Assembly: GCF_037042905.1 (NCBI RefSeq)
Contig: NC_087250.1
Span: forward strand, 24,244,001 to 24,308,000
Direction: 5' to 3'
Source of the DNA: Lytechinus pictus
Lineage: Eukaryota
DNA length: 64,000 bases
Below are positions 24,387-36,869 of the stretch, piece after piece. Numbering within the stretch: the stretch's first letter is position 1; each line of letters opens with the position of its first letter. The notes under the pieces were generated by a model. The model was not told the origin of the DNA, ran no database searches, and saw only the letters and a program-made list of their open reading frames with translations. The translations under genes and the position numbers were made by a program.

Positions 24387-27300
24387 TTTTTATTTTTATT
24401 TTTTGGGGGGGTGCATGACTCCTAAGCCTAGTCCTGGGGCAAATATAAAATCTAGGGTAAAAATTGTAGATTTGATAATACATGATATATTTGAAAAGTT
24501 TGGTTTCAAAAGGGGTTAGATCCACGTTGGACCATTCCGACTAAATTTTCATGATGTACTACCCTGCCATGTGAACATTAAATTGGGTGTTAAAAGAAAT
24601 CTACCTGGCCTCAAGCAAACTAAAACGGATCTAATCACTTTTGAATAAAAAAAGTGATTTTCCTTTACCAATTCACGTTTTAATTGGAATTTCACATTTT
24701 CTTTGATATCATCAGAGCGACTAAAATCTATGGTCCGTATTCTGAAGTCGGGTTTAACTTAAACTCAGGTTTAAAGTTGTGGTTTAAGTATGGATAGCCA
24801 AATGGTACCTAAATCACTAACAGTAGAGATATCATATTTCAGCTCATTTGGCTCTCAAATCATTCATAATTGTCTAGAAACTATAAAAAGATGGTTGTCT
24901 TCACCATCGATGAATCAGGAAAGAGCACAGTAAACATAAGAAACATACAACTTAAAATAAAATTTTGACACTTTTGGCTTCCCATTATTTTAGCACAGAG
25001 TTAGACCATGGTCTAAGTTAAACCTGACTTCAGAGGGCTTATTATATTCACTCGCGTTCGTAATCACTCGCGTCGGGTTGGTAATCACACGCGTTTTTTA
25101 TTTTTGGCGATTTTTTTTTTTTCGGTGCGATTTTTTTTCTAACGGTGTCTTCAGTGGGACAAACGTACTGGAAAAATAAAATGAAATTGAAATTCGAGTT
25201 TCGTTTTATTTTAAGCTGGTAAGTGCCTTAAATAAAACGTTCTCGACCACTGTTTAAGATAACAAGCAAATTTTGACTACTGTTTTAACATAATCACATT
25301 CCACATCTTAAATCTTAGAGCCATAGGCGGCGGAAGCGGGGGGGGGGGCTCCCCCTAAAAAAAGAGAGAGGGGGGAGAAAAGAAGGGAAAGAGGGAGAAA
25401 AGAGAAAGAAAAAAAAGACAGACAGAAAAAAAGAAGCAAGGAAAAAAGGAGAAAGAAAGGAGAAAAGGAATAAAGAAGAAAAAGGAGGAAAGGCTACTCT
25501 CGATTTAGCTTTGCCTTTGGAGGATTTTCCTGAAGTCTGTGGTATTCTTTATAAAGCATAGCGAGGTGCTACAATTTCATAATATCACTATTTATTTGCT
25601 TCTCCCTTTCTTTGTGAATTATTCTACACTAACGTAAAAATCAGGGAGGAAAAAAGTGCTGAAGAAGAAAAGCAAGAAGGAAGGAGGAGGAGAAGTAGAA
25701 GAAGAAAAAAGAAGATGGAGGACATAAGGGGGTAAAAATGAAACTAAAAAGATAAAATTGAGGGGAGGATGTAGAAGAAGAGAAAGAGAAGATAAAATAA
25801 GGGGAAGACTGAGAAGAGAAAAGGAAGAAGTGAGAAGGGAGATGAACAATAAGGAGAAAGGGAAGAAATTGAGAAGTAGAAGAACAGGGAGAAGAATAAG
25901 ATGACATAATAATGGGAATAAAAAGAAGACTGAGAAGAAAGAGAAGTAGGAGGGGGAGTAAAGTGCACTCTGGTTATAAAGAAGTCCGAGGGACCAACAA
26001 AATTGTTCCTTTATACAAATAATCGTGTGTGTGTGTGATATAAGTTTTTTTTTATATAATGATGGTGCACTGAACAAAATTTAAAAATGGTAAAATGGAT
26101 TTTCATTAATCTTGCAGGACGTTGCAGGGTGAAAAATATGAAAAAATTTGGGGGTTATCAAGGACAAGAAATCTACACTGTATTGTAATTTGTATTGTAA
26201 TGTATTTACAAGTGTATATTTGTTGTTGATCACAATGTTTTATTTATGTTTATGTATCCAGCCTACTGTGACTCCCTGAAGCCATGTCTTCTGTTTTCCA
26301 ATCCATTATTTCTGACTCAATCTGAGTTACCTCCAGTGCTTGGAGTTGTTTAAGGGGCCTGGATAAATGACGCACCCGGCGGCCGTGCCGGGCTATAGCT
26401 GCATGCACGTATGCCCGTTCCATCCAAGGACCCCCGTTTTCACAAACATTTGTAGTTCCGAAGCCCGTTCCAAGGACCCTCCTTTTTACAATAACCCCGC
26501 TCCAAGGCCCCCGTTTTTTGTCTCGCCCGCGGCACATACCTACTACTTTTTTGGTTGAGTAGGCCCCCGGGGGCAACACCCCTTAGGTGTCCTTTTATAT
26601 GTTGAGCAGGACAACTTCTTAAGGGGAATTGTAGCGTTCTAAGTAGACATAGAAAGATCCAAGAATTTGTCAAAACAAATATCCGAGTCTTGAATGTTGT
26701 AAATGACGCTCCGCCACTGAATGATATTCCAGTTGATTGATCTCTCCCTAAGTCTATTTAAATATTCTTCTTACAAGTCTCGGAAAATCATTGATGCAGA
26801 TTTATTGTTATCTCTGCGGGAAAAACAATTCATTGTTATCTCTGTCGATCTCAGTTAATCTTTCCCTAAGTCTATTTAAATCTTCTTAACAGTTTCGAAC
26901 ACTGATTGATGCAGATTTATCATCTCCGCCGAAAAACACCTCAACGAAAATAGGGAAATGGTCTGACAAATTAGACACCAAAATGCCAGATGACTATTTA
27001 CAAAAATATTATCTATCAAAGTTGACGACAAGTCTGTAATTCTAGTTGGTTTGGTAATTGAGGGTATACAAAAGAGTTAGATAACATGACATTAAGAAAT
27101 TCTTGACAAGAAGAAACACTGTTACAATGCAATAAATCCAGATTGAAGTCTCCCATAAAAAAAGACAATCTTGTTAAGAACTTGAGACGACAGTAAGTTT
27201 TGGACACTATCCAAAAAAAAACTTGAGTGTTACCTTTTGGGGGCCTGCATATTTCACCAACAACCATTTGTTTCTTGTCAGGCATTTTAATTTGAATAAA

Positions 27301-28146
27301 AATACATTCAATAACATCAGGCATTTTGTTTAGCTCTGTTAGTCTCTGACTTTTAAATTATTAGATACGTAAAACCCGACCCCTTGCCCCTCTTGTATGT
27401 TCTCTGTTTGATAATAGAAGGTAAACCCATCAAATAGAAACAAGAGTGTATTGAAAATCGTTCAATTAGGCCTCAGATAAACCAACAACATAGTAACCAT
27501 AAGTGAGGTGATGAATAAAACACTGAAAGTGATCCACATTCTTATTGAGACTTCTCACAGTACGGTGCACAAGGTATACCAATAACAGGGGCCGCAGAAC
27601 CAGGCTGAAGCCCCCCCCCCCCACTTTTTTTCCAAAACCGTGTACATAAACGCAAAAATGACCATACGATTGTGATTATTTGCATAGTCAGCTCCCCCCC
27701 CCCACTTTTGGCTCAGCCCCCCCCCCCCACTTTGAAAACCGTTCCGCGGCCCCTGGATGACATCAACTGAAAAGTATCTAGAAGAGGGGGGGGGGGGGGT
27801 ACATGTAAACAAGAGTATTAATGTGATTATTGTTAATGGTGTTTGTTACCAGCCTATGCGAGGGTACATCTTTGGAATCTAATTTTAAGTCAAATATATA
27901 AAGATCGGGTATTTGGAGGTTTAAATTCGAGCAACCATCAAAAAGAAAAGACTGTGTAAGGCAGTAATAGTATAACGATATGCGATAAAAAGTGATTAAC
28001 ATAATTATAAACGCAGTAAAAAAGAATTGATTTCAAACCAAGAAGTAATAAGAATGGCAATTTCAAGCAGACACAAAGTACATGTAGAGAGAAAATACAT
28101 TTCAAGACGCACTGACTGAACAATAGGCCCCCGGCAATAGTCCCAC

Positions 28147-28505
28147 CAGAGTACCAATATTAGCGGACAAGTAGCTCACTGACGGTGTTAAGAAACGGGC
28201 GGGGCGTGCCTGCCCCAGCAGGCATAGAGAATAATATAGATAATAAAACTAGCAAGGGTCGCCAACAATTCGATATCCAATTGGTCTCTTATATTGTGAC
28301 GTCATTTGAAGTACTTTTTGAGTGACCGCGCTGCCCGGGATTGACTGCACATCACTAAACTACAGCTGGGAGCCGAGCGAACGGTTATCGTCACGCCCAC
28401 CCTCGGTATAACACACATCTCCACACATCAACGGTACTGACTTGACCAGACAGACCTACATAATTATACTGAATCTAAATTCACAAAGAAGGAAGTAAAA
28501 TCACC
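28147..28505 (+). promoter_or_regulatory. Putative promoter/5' UTR of the myophilin-like gene (downstream copy)
   Basis: Essentially identical to 21040-21398. Confidence 0.55.
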
Positions 28506-28550
28506 ATGGCAAGCCGACCAAGGGGATATGGAATGACTGCTGAATTGGCG
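28506..28550 (+). CDS. Myophilin/transgelin-like gene, coding exon 1 (downstream duplicate)
   Basis: Identical to 21399-21443, followed by GTAAG. Confidence 0.85.
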
Positions 28551-31465
28551 GTAAGCTATCATGACTGCATGTACTATGGGCGGTTTTCTGTTCATTTCAA
28601 TTTCAGCGAAATGGCATATGTACCGGTATTAAAGGACAAGTTCACCCTAGTCTGCAGGCACAGACCCTGATTAGAACTTTGCTCAACAAGTGTGCCTCCA
28701 CGCAAAGACTAGCACATACAAAACTTGCTGTTCCTGAGCGAGAGAGCCTTCAGTACACAAGGCATGAGTAGGCTGCACATTCAGACCCTTAAATCGAGCG
28801 AAGGGTATGCCCAGCAGACTAAGTTCACCCCAGCAAAAAGTTGATTTGAATAAAAAGAGAAAAATCAAAAGAGCATAACACTGAAATTTTCATCAAAATC
28901 GGATGTAAAATAAGAAAGTTATGACATTTTAATTTTTCGCTTAATTTCAAAAAACAGTTACATACACATCCTGGTCGGTATGCAAATGAGGAGACCGATG
29001 ACGTCATCCACTCACTATTTCATTTGTATTTCATTAAATGAAATATATTCTATTTTTTTCTCATTGTCAACAAGTGCATTAACGATTAATTCCTCCCTGA
29101 ACATGTGGAATTAGCATTGTTTACTACTTTCTGGTTCAGTCAAGTTGGTCCTTATTATCAAATTTGTAAGAATTGAAATACTGTATAATTCAAACAATAA
29201 AAAAAATAAGAGAAAAAGTGAAGGGCGTCATCGTCTGTCTCATTTGCATGTCACTGAGTAGTGCATATCACTGTTTTTGTGAAAAATATTGAAACCACGT
29301 GTTCTAAGGTAATGCTAAACTAAAATGAGACCTGCCTGAAATAATGACGTAATCTCGACCTATGATATATATACTTTGGGCCGTATATCTTGGATATTAC
29401 GTCGATTCATATATCCATAAAGAAAATAAATCGAGTTATTGTTATGTATATCATGAGTATATCACATTGAATCAAGAAATTATGCTTTTTAAGGAAGGAC
29501 AAGGAAATGATTTGCTATATATATTTCATTTGTTTATGCCAACGGGTCATAATGAAGTTAAGTTACCGACAAATAAAAACAAATAAATACAAATTAAAAA
29601 CATGTCTTCTTTGAATACAATAGAAACATTCTATTCGACGAAATATGCCATTAAAGCGAAATTTAAACAAATTTCATATTGTGGTCGCGATAGGTCTTTG
29701 ATATTCAAATTTATATTACTTATAATAACTTGCATGAAGTTATGAGGGAAACGGCGAATGAAGGCTTGATTTGGTGCAAATAATTATTGGAGTTTTGTCC
29801 GAGCGAGTAAAAAAAGAATTTTACTAAAAATTTGAAGTCAATGAAATAGAACTAAATCGATTAGATTTGTTTAAAGAAATCAGATGGAAAGTTTGATGTT
29901 ATTGTTTAAATACATTTTTTTAAAGGGGGTGGACTGTCAATTATAATGTGAAATATAAATACATCTCAATGATTTAAAAAAAAATGCCACTTTTGTGGAC
30001 ATATGGATAGAGAGGTAAAGCCCCCCCCCCCCCCTCCGATCCGGTAATCATTGCGCCAATAATCCGTAAATGAGCATGTCCGAAAGGTTTTTTTTTTTTT
30101 TTTTTTTCTTGTTTGGTGTATGTGCATTGACCTCAAGGTCTCTAAGGTCTATGGTATGTGTTTTTTTTATCACCGCTATGGCAGTGCAGTGGTATTATAT
30201 TGATTGATTTTATTCATCTGCCCGTGAAAGCTCAATCACACACATACACACCATCCCCCTTACACACTCACACAATCGCCTGCGGAGCCTCTTCGAGGAT
30301 CCCCACTGCGCGATTGATCTCTGGGGTGTTTAATCTTTGGGTGAATAAGTTAGAATGGGAGAGTGTTCACACCAAATCAATTCTTTATTTGCAATTATTT
30401 GCAATAGCAGATAAACTTCTTCTCACCAAGCAATCATCGGCTGGACAATCCCTGTATAGGTCCATGCTTAAATACTGACGCAAAATGCACATTGCTTTCC
30501 TTTTGGACTTGCATGGTTATTGTTATACCACACCTTACATTCCTTTCTAGCAATTTTCCTTTAGGGTTAATTGTCACACAGTTCGACATTATAACAAGCT
30601 AGTACATGCATGCCGAGGCACTGCATGTGTGACCATGCAAGTACACTGTAAAAACTGTGGTGTTAAAACTGACACCAGTTGGTGCTAATAGAGGACCACA
30701 CCATGAGGTGTTAAAATTACACCCTAGAGATTGACCATAATACCAGACAGTGTATATGTAACAACCAATGCTGCTGTAGTAACACCTATAGGTGTTCAAA
30801 CTAACGCTGTCAATAAGCCAGTTCGTAGTTCCTTTCTGCCCATGATCAAAAGATTATACGCATGATCAGAAGAAGGTCATTTGTACGAAAGTTACATGGT
30901 GGTTTAAAATCTAATGAGATAAGCACCAACCTTGATGTCTTGATTATTCATATATTTTGAATATTGGTATTCATTTACATCCACAAAAAACAACAATGCG
31001 TCCACGAACGACTGGTAATTCACAGTTTGCCAAGTACATTGTGCAACATGCTAAGATATGCATTCAAAGTAGGAATGCAACAAATACCTTCATAAAGTGT
31101 TCATTGGTGTGCTATTCTAGTCACCTGGTCTATTCAATTTCTTCATCCTGCTATGTAAGGCAAGGTTACGTAATATCTTGCTTTGAAATCTGCCTATCAT
31201 AATGAAAGAAATGAAAGGTCATTTGACCAAAATTATCCCTGAAGTAACTACGAACTGGTCTATTACACCGGAGTAAAATGACTGATGTGGTCCTCTATAT
31301 ATGTACACCGGTTAACACCCCAGTTTTTGTTGTGTTAACAATGGCGTAATGATCGCCCCAACATTTTGAGGGTACGGCGTTCAGTCTTGGGAGTAAAAGC
31401 TTGTACTTTTTAAAATGAGATTGTAATATTTTCCCCCCTTTGTCTTGGAGGGAGATTTTATTTTA

Positions 31466-31496
<31 letters not shown>

Positions 31497-32145
31497 TTTT
31501 TATTTTTATTTTTTGGGGGGGTGCATGACTCCTAAGCCTAGTCCTGGGGCAAATATAAAATCTAGGGTAAAAATTGTAGATTTGATAATACATGATATAT
31601 TTGAAAAGTTTGGTTTCAAAAGGGGTTAGATCCACGTTGGACCATTCCGACTAAATTTTCATGATGTACTACCCTGCCATGTGAACATTAAATTGGGTGT
31701 TAAAAGAAATCTACCTGGCCTCAAGCAAACTAAAACGGATCTAATCACTTTTGAATAAAAAAAGTGATTTTCCTTTACCAATTCACGTTTTAATTGGAAT
31801 TTCACATTTTCTTTGATATCATCAGAGCGACTAAAATCTATGGTCCGTATTCTGAAGTCGGGTTTAACTTAAACTCAGGTTTAAAGTTGTGGTTTAAGTA
31901 TGGATAGCCAAATGGTACCTAAATCACTAACAGTAGAGATATCATATTTCAGCTCATTTGGCTCTCAAATCATTCATAATTGTCTAGAAACTATAAAAAG
32001 ATGGTTGTCTTCACCATCGATGAATCAGGAAAGAGCACAGTAAACATAAGAAACATACAACTTAAAATAAAATTTTGACACTTTTGGCTTCCCATTATTT
32101 TAGCACAGAGTTAGACCATGGTCTAAGTTAAACCTGACTTCAGAG

Positions 32146-33941
32146 GGCTTATTATATTCACTCGCGTTCGTAATCACTCGCGTCGGGTTGGTAATCACAC
32201 GCGTTTTTTATTTTTGGCGATTTTTTTTTTTTCGGTGCGATTTTTTTTCTAACGGTGTCTTCAGTGGGACAAACGTACTGGAAAAATAAAATGAAATTGA
32301 AATTCGAGTTTCGTTTTATTTTAAGCTGGTAAGTGCCTTAAATAAAACGTTCTCGACCACTGTTTAAGATAACAAGCAAATTTTGACTACTGTTTTAACA
32401 TAATCACATTCCACATCTTAAATCTTAGAGCCATAGGCGGCGGAAGCGGGGGGGGGGGGGCTCCCCCTAAAAAAAGAGAGAGGGGGGAGAAAAGAAGGGA
32501 AAGAGGGAGAAAAGAGAAAGAAAAAAAAGACAGACAGAAAAAAAGAAGCAAGGAAAAAAGGAGAAAGAAAGGAGAAAAGGAATAAAGAAGAAAAAGGAGG
32601 AAAGGCTACTCTCGATTTAGCTTTGCCTTTGGAGGATTTTCCTGAAGTCTGTGGTATTCTTTATAAAGCATAGCGAGGTGCTACAATTTCATAATATCAC
32701 TATTTATTTGCTTCTCCCTTTCTTTGTGAATTATTCTACACTAACGTAAAAATCAGGGAGGAAAAAAGTGCTGAAGAAGAAAAGCAAGAAGGAAGGAGGA
32801 GGAGAAGTAGAAGAAGAAAAAAGAAGATGGAGGACATAAGGGGGTAAAAATGAAACTAAAAAGATAAAATTGAGGGGAGGATGTAGAAGAAGAGAAAGAG
32901 AAGATAAAATAAGGGGAAGACTGAGAAGAGAAAAGGAAGAAGTGAGAAGGGAGATGAACAATAAGGAGAAAGGGAAGAAATTGAGAAGTAGAAGAACAGG
33001 GAGAAGAATAAGATGACATAATAATGGGAATAAAAAGAAGACTGAGAAGAAAGAGAAGTAGGAGGGGGAGTAAAGTGCACTCTGGTTATAAAGAAGTCCG
33101 AGGGACCAACAAAATTGTTCCTTTATACAAATAATCGTGTGTGTGTGTGATATAAGTTTTTTTTTATATAATGATGGTGCACTGAACAAAATTTAAAAAT
33201 GGTAAAATGGATTTTCATTAATCTTGCAGGACGTTGCAGGGTGAAAAATATGAAAAAATTTGGGGGTTATCAAGGACAAGAAATCTACACTGTATTGTAA
33301 TTTGTATTGTAATGTATTTACAAGTGTATATTTGTTGTTGATCACAATGTTTTATTTATGTTTATGTATCCAGCCTACTGTGACTCCCTGAAGCCATGTC
33401 TTCTGTTTTCCAATCCATTATTTCTGACTCAATCTGAGTTACCTCCAGTGCTTGGAGTTGTTTAAGGGGCCTGGATAAATGACGTAGCCGACAACTTCTG
33501 TTTTCAGGAAGGCACCGGGACGGTACGGTACCTTGGCTTTGATCGTCGCGCGAATTTTTACCGTGAGAGCGGAGAGCGCGCACAGCCACAGGGGCGGATC
33601 TTGACCAAAAGCTTCGGTCTTTGTGTCTATTAATTATTATGTTGGTTGTTCCGCTGAACTCCGTTGGCTCCACTCACCAAATACAGAGAAATTCACAAAA
33701 AAAAATAAAAATGTTTGAAAAAAACTCCTCGAAACAGACTGCTGCCAGCTGTCTGGGGCGGATCAAGCTTGTTTTCTATTCTTTAATTGCCGGCTTAAAA
33801 CGAAACTCAAATTTCCCTGCATGTCTGTCCCATTGAAGACACCGTTAAAAAAAAATCGCATCGAAATAAAAAAAAATCGCCAAAAATTCAAAACGCGAGT
33901 GATTACGAACCAGAACGCGACGCGAGTGATTATAAACTGCC
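32146..33941. mobile_element. Non-autonomous DNA transposon with ~130-bp imperfect TIRs and 8-bp TSD (possibly Merlin-like); truncated copy at 25036-26372
   Basis: GGC...GCC ends, TSD CTTCAGAG (32138-32145, 33942-33949), inserted in the end of another MITE. Confidence 0.7.
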
Positions 33942-34264
33942 CTTCAGAGTACGGGCCTACAGGTTTTGAGAAAAAAAACACAATATTTTATGAAAATGGA
34001 TCTAACCCATTTTGACAAATGAGCTCTTCTGAAGGGTTTGTATGCAAAACGGGGTTAGATCCACTTCAAGAAAATATTTTTTAATTCTCCCATATTGCAA
34101 TATTCTTATGCTTTCTTTGATCGTTTTGCTTCGTCTAAACAAACTTAATATTAGCGCTGTCCATTTCAGGGGCCGCGGCCCCTGCATTTTACGAGTGAAA
34201 TGAAAGTAACACGACATAGTCAACCGTATATGCCTCCCCCCTTATGTCATATGTATTTGTACAG

Positions 34265-34437
34265 GACAAGAAGGATGCTAAGTTTGATCCAGACTTGGCG
34301 ACCGAGGCGTTTGAATGGATTGCTGCTGTACTTGAAACGGGACCGCCCGAATCACAAGAATTGGCGAGCTCAGTTGGACCTGTAATCGCTGAAAAGCATG
34401 TCCATGTGCCTCTCAAAGATGGCGTCGTTCTTTGTCA
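34265..34437 (+). CDS. Myophilin/transgelin-like gene, exon 2 (start of the calponin-homology domain)
   Basis: DKKDAKFDPDLATEAFEWIAAVL...LKDGVVLC; tttgtacAG acceptor, GTAAG donor in phase 2. Confidence 0.92.
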
Positions 34438-34562
34438 GTAAGTTTTATTTTTTTCTGTTTTAGACCTATACCGATTATCAGGATACTGAATAGTATCAGA
34501 TCAGTAAGACGAAGGCATATTTCGTTTCGCAATGCGGTGTGTCGAGGAGAGTGTGTCAAAGT

Positions 34563-34805
34563 ACACAGCAAAAACTGTGGTGTTAAACGGTGTACATAGA
34601 GGACCACACCATGGTTATTTTACACCGGTGTTAAATTGGCAGTGTTAGTTTAACACCTATAGGTATTGTCACAACACATTTGGTTGTTACATTTACACTA
34701 ATTGGTGTTATGTTTCATCTCTAGGGTGTAATTTTAACACCTCATGGTGTGGTCCTCTATTAGCACCAACTAGTGTCAGTTTTAACACCACAGTTCTTAC
34801 AGTGT
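34563..34805. mobile_element. CAC-terminal palindromic MITE (related copies at ~23534-24225 and ~30644-31335)
   Basis: cacagcaaaaactgtggtgttaaa...tttaacaccacagttcttacagtg inverted ends. Confidence 0.6.
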
Positions 34806-36869
34806 AGGAAAAATAACACAAAAGGCAAGTATTGCAATTGCTTGCCTATTTAAAGGTCCCAAGACATGCTGCACAATACCGTCTGAGTCTTTTTTTTTTC
34901 ACCAAATGATTACCTGGTGGGTTTAAGGACGCTTCACTGTTAAAATGAAATCCATGTAATTTCCACCAAATTTTGCACAGAATTACTTTAGCACCTATAT
35001 ATTCCAAATATGCAACAACAAAAAGAATGCCATGGGTTCATGTGCTTTGAAGTTCACCTATTTGAAAGGTGTCGAGAAATACGGAATTAATACAATTTTG
35101 CATTTTTAGACCCCATGAGATCACAACGTTTAAATGAGTTTAAACCTCTATTACTCGGTCAAAAGCCATCCTAATTTCACAATATTTTACATTATAGTTC
35201 AGGATTATATACTTAAAATAAAGAATCAAGACATATTGCTATTCGTTAGCTTTTTAAAGAGAAGCAGCACCTTCATTTTCGAAAATGAGATGTGAAATGC
35301 GACAAAAAGATATATGCAAGATTCAAAATTCATATAACAAATTTAAACAGTTCAATTAATTATGCACTTTATTCAAAATCATCCCGTTTTCACAAAATTT
35401 TGCATGGTTGAAGAGAAAAGTACACGAAAGAGGTGTGAACATAAAAAATTGGGGGTTCATCTGCTTGTTTTCAAACTATCAGCAGTTTTGTTGGAGCTAT
35501 TGCGTCTTTAAAAACACAAAAAAACTCGTCAAGGCGTGTATTTACTAAAGAGACATTTTACATCACTATCCCATTTTATCTAATTCGAGGTCATATTTGT
35601 CATACTTCGCAGCACTGCTCAGTAAAGTAGACTTATTGTGAAGAGGTACAGGCGTTTCAAAAAGCTGAGGCATTGATTATTTTCATCTAATAGCTTCGTA
35701 AAATAACACAATACCATCAAGACTTGCAGTTGAATTGCAGCTCTCGCCTCAGCCTCCTCCCCCACTTTCAAAACCGTTCCGTGGCCCCTGAAATATGCAT
35801 CATAATGGCGCGGTTCCAGTTTTCACCACGGGGGGGGGGGGGGGGGGGGGTGGGGGGGGGGGGGCAAAAGAGACTTTCATTGTCATTTCCCCAGAGCAGC
35901 CGCTCAAGCTGATTTATGTTGGTTTCTTTGAAGGGGGTAGTTCTTACAGTTACTTCTTACAGCTTTATTCTTATAAAGTAAAAAAAAAAAAAGGTACACG
36001 CAGCGCGAGCTCATTTATGATATTTAGTCCATAAAACAGACATTTTATAGAGGATTTTTTAAACATTAATTTGTAAAGCGAACACAATAAATATAGCTCT
36101 ATGTCCGAGCTGAAATATGCTTTGTATATTATCTTAAATAATATGTATATTTTGAAGCTTCATTTTAGCCTATTGAGCAAGAAATGTATTTCGTCGAACG
36201 GGCAAGTCGAGCGTAAAGCGCGAGCAAAAATTTTATATAGTAACATGAAAGATTTTTTGCATTTTCTAAGTTTTATTCACACGTTTTCCTCTTATTATCC
36301 CTTTTTTTTTCTCCCCCCCTCCCCTTCCCTTTTTGTTAGTTTTTCTTTCTTTCCCTCTTTTTCCTTTATTAAGGACCGCCGATGGGGGGGGGGGGGGGGG
36401 GGGCTGCGACCACTTCGGGCCCCAGGATTCGCCTATTATAATTTCAATATTTTTTTTTTCATTTTCTTGCATTTGTCTGGAGTATGCTAAGCACCGCCTC
36501 CTTAAACTTCATAAGATCTATCGGTCTTCATACAATACCACCTCAGAACGTTTAAAAAAAAAATTTGACAAAGCAGTAACGATGACCGTTTGAATGGTGT
36601 GGTATTGTATGAAGATTTGTGTTGCCAATTTTAGCAATGGTACATAATAATGGCAACTGGTAAGTTGCATGACATTGTGAATCGTTGTGCTTATTTCGGC
36701 CTCCCAGGCGTATATCAGTTTGAGGCAACAGACATATAGCATTCTTTTCATAAATTTCTACAAACAGCCCTTTAAATTCCCCTTTCTTACAGGTACTTTT
36801 ATCAAAAATTCAGGTCACACCTTGCGCTGGCTTTGTTTATCAAACGTATGCATCATATTCATGATTATA

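Larger units (their letters stand above)
19231..33484 (+). repeat. ~7.1 kb tandem segmental duplication (copy 1 19231-26372, copy 2 26371-33484)
   Basis: Identical ORFs offset by ~7107-7112 bp; junction ggataaatga-CG-cacccggc with 2-bp microhomology. Confidence 0.95.

Noticed and set aside
25340..26077. Hydrophobic 'membrane protein' ORFs (also 32731-33189)
   Set aside because: Antisense translation of purine-rich low-complexity sequence.
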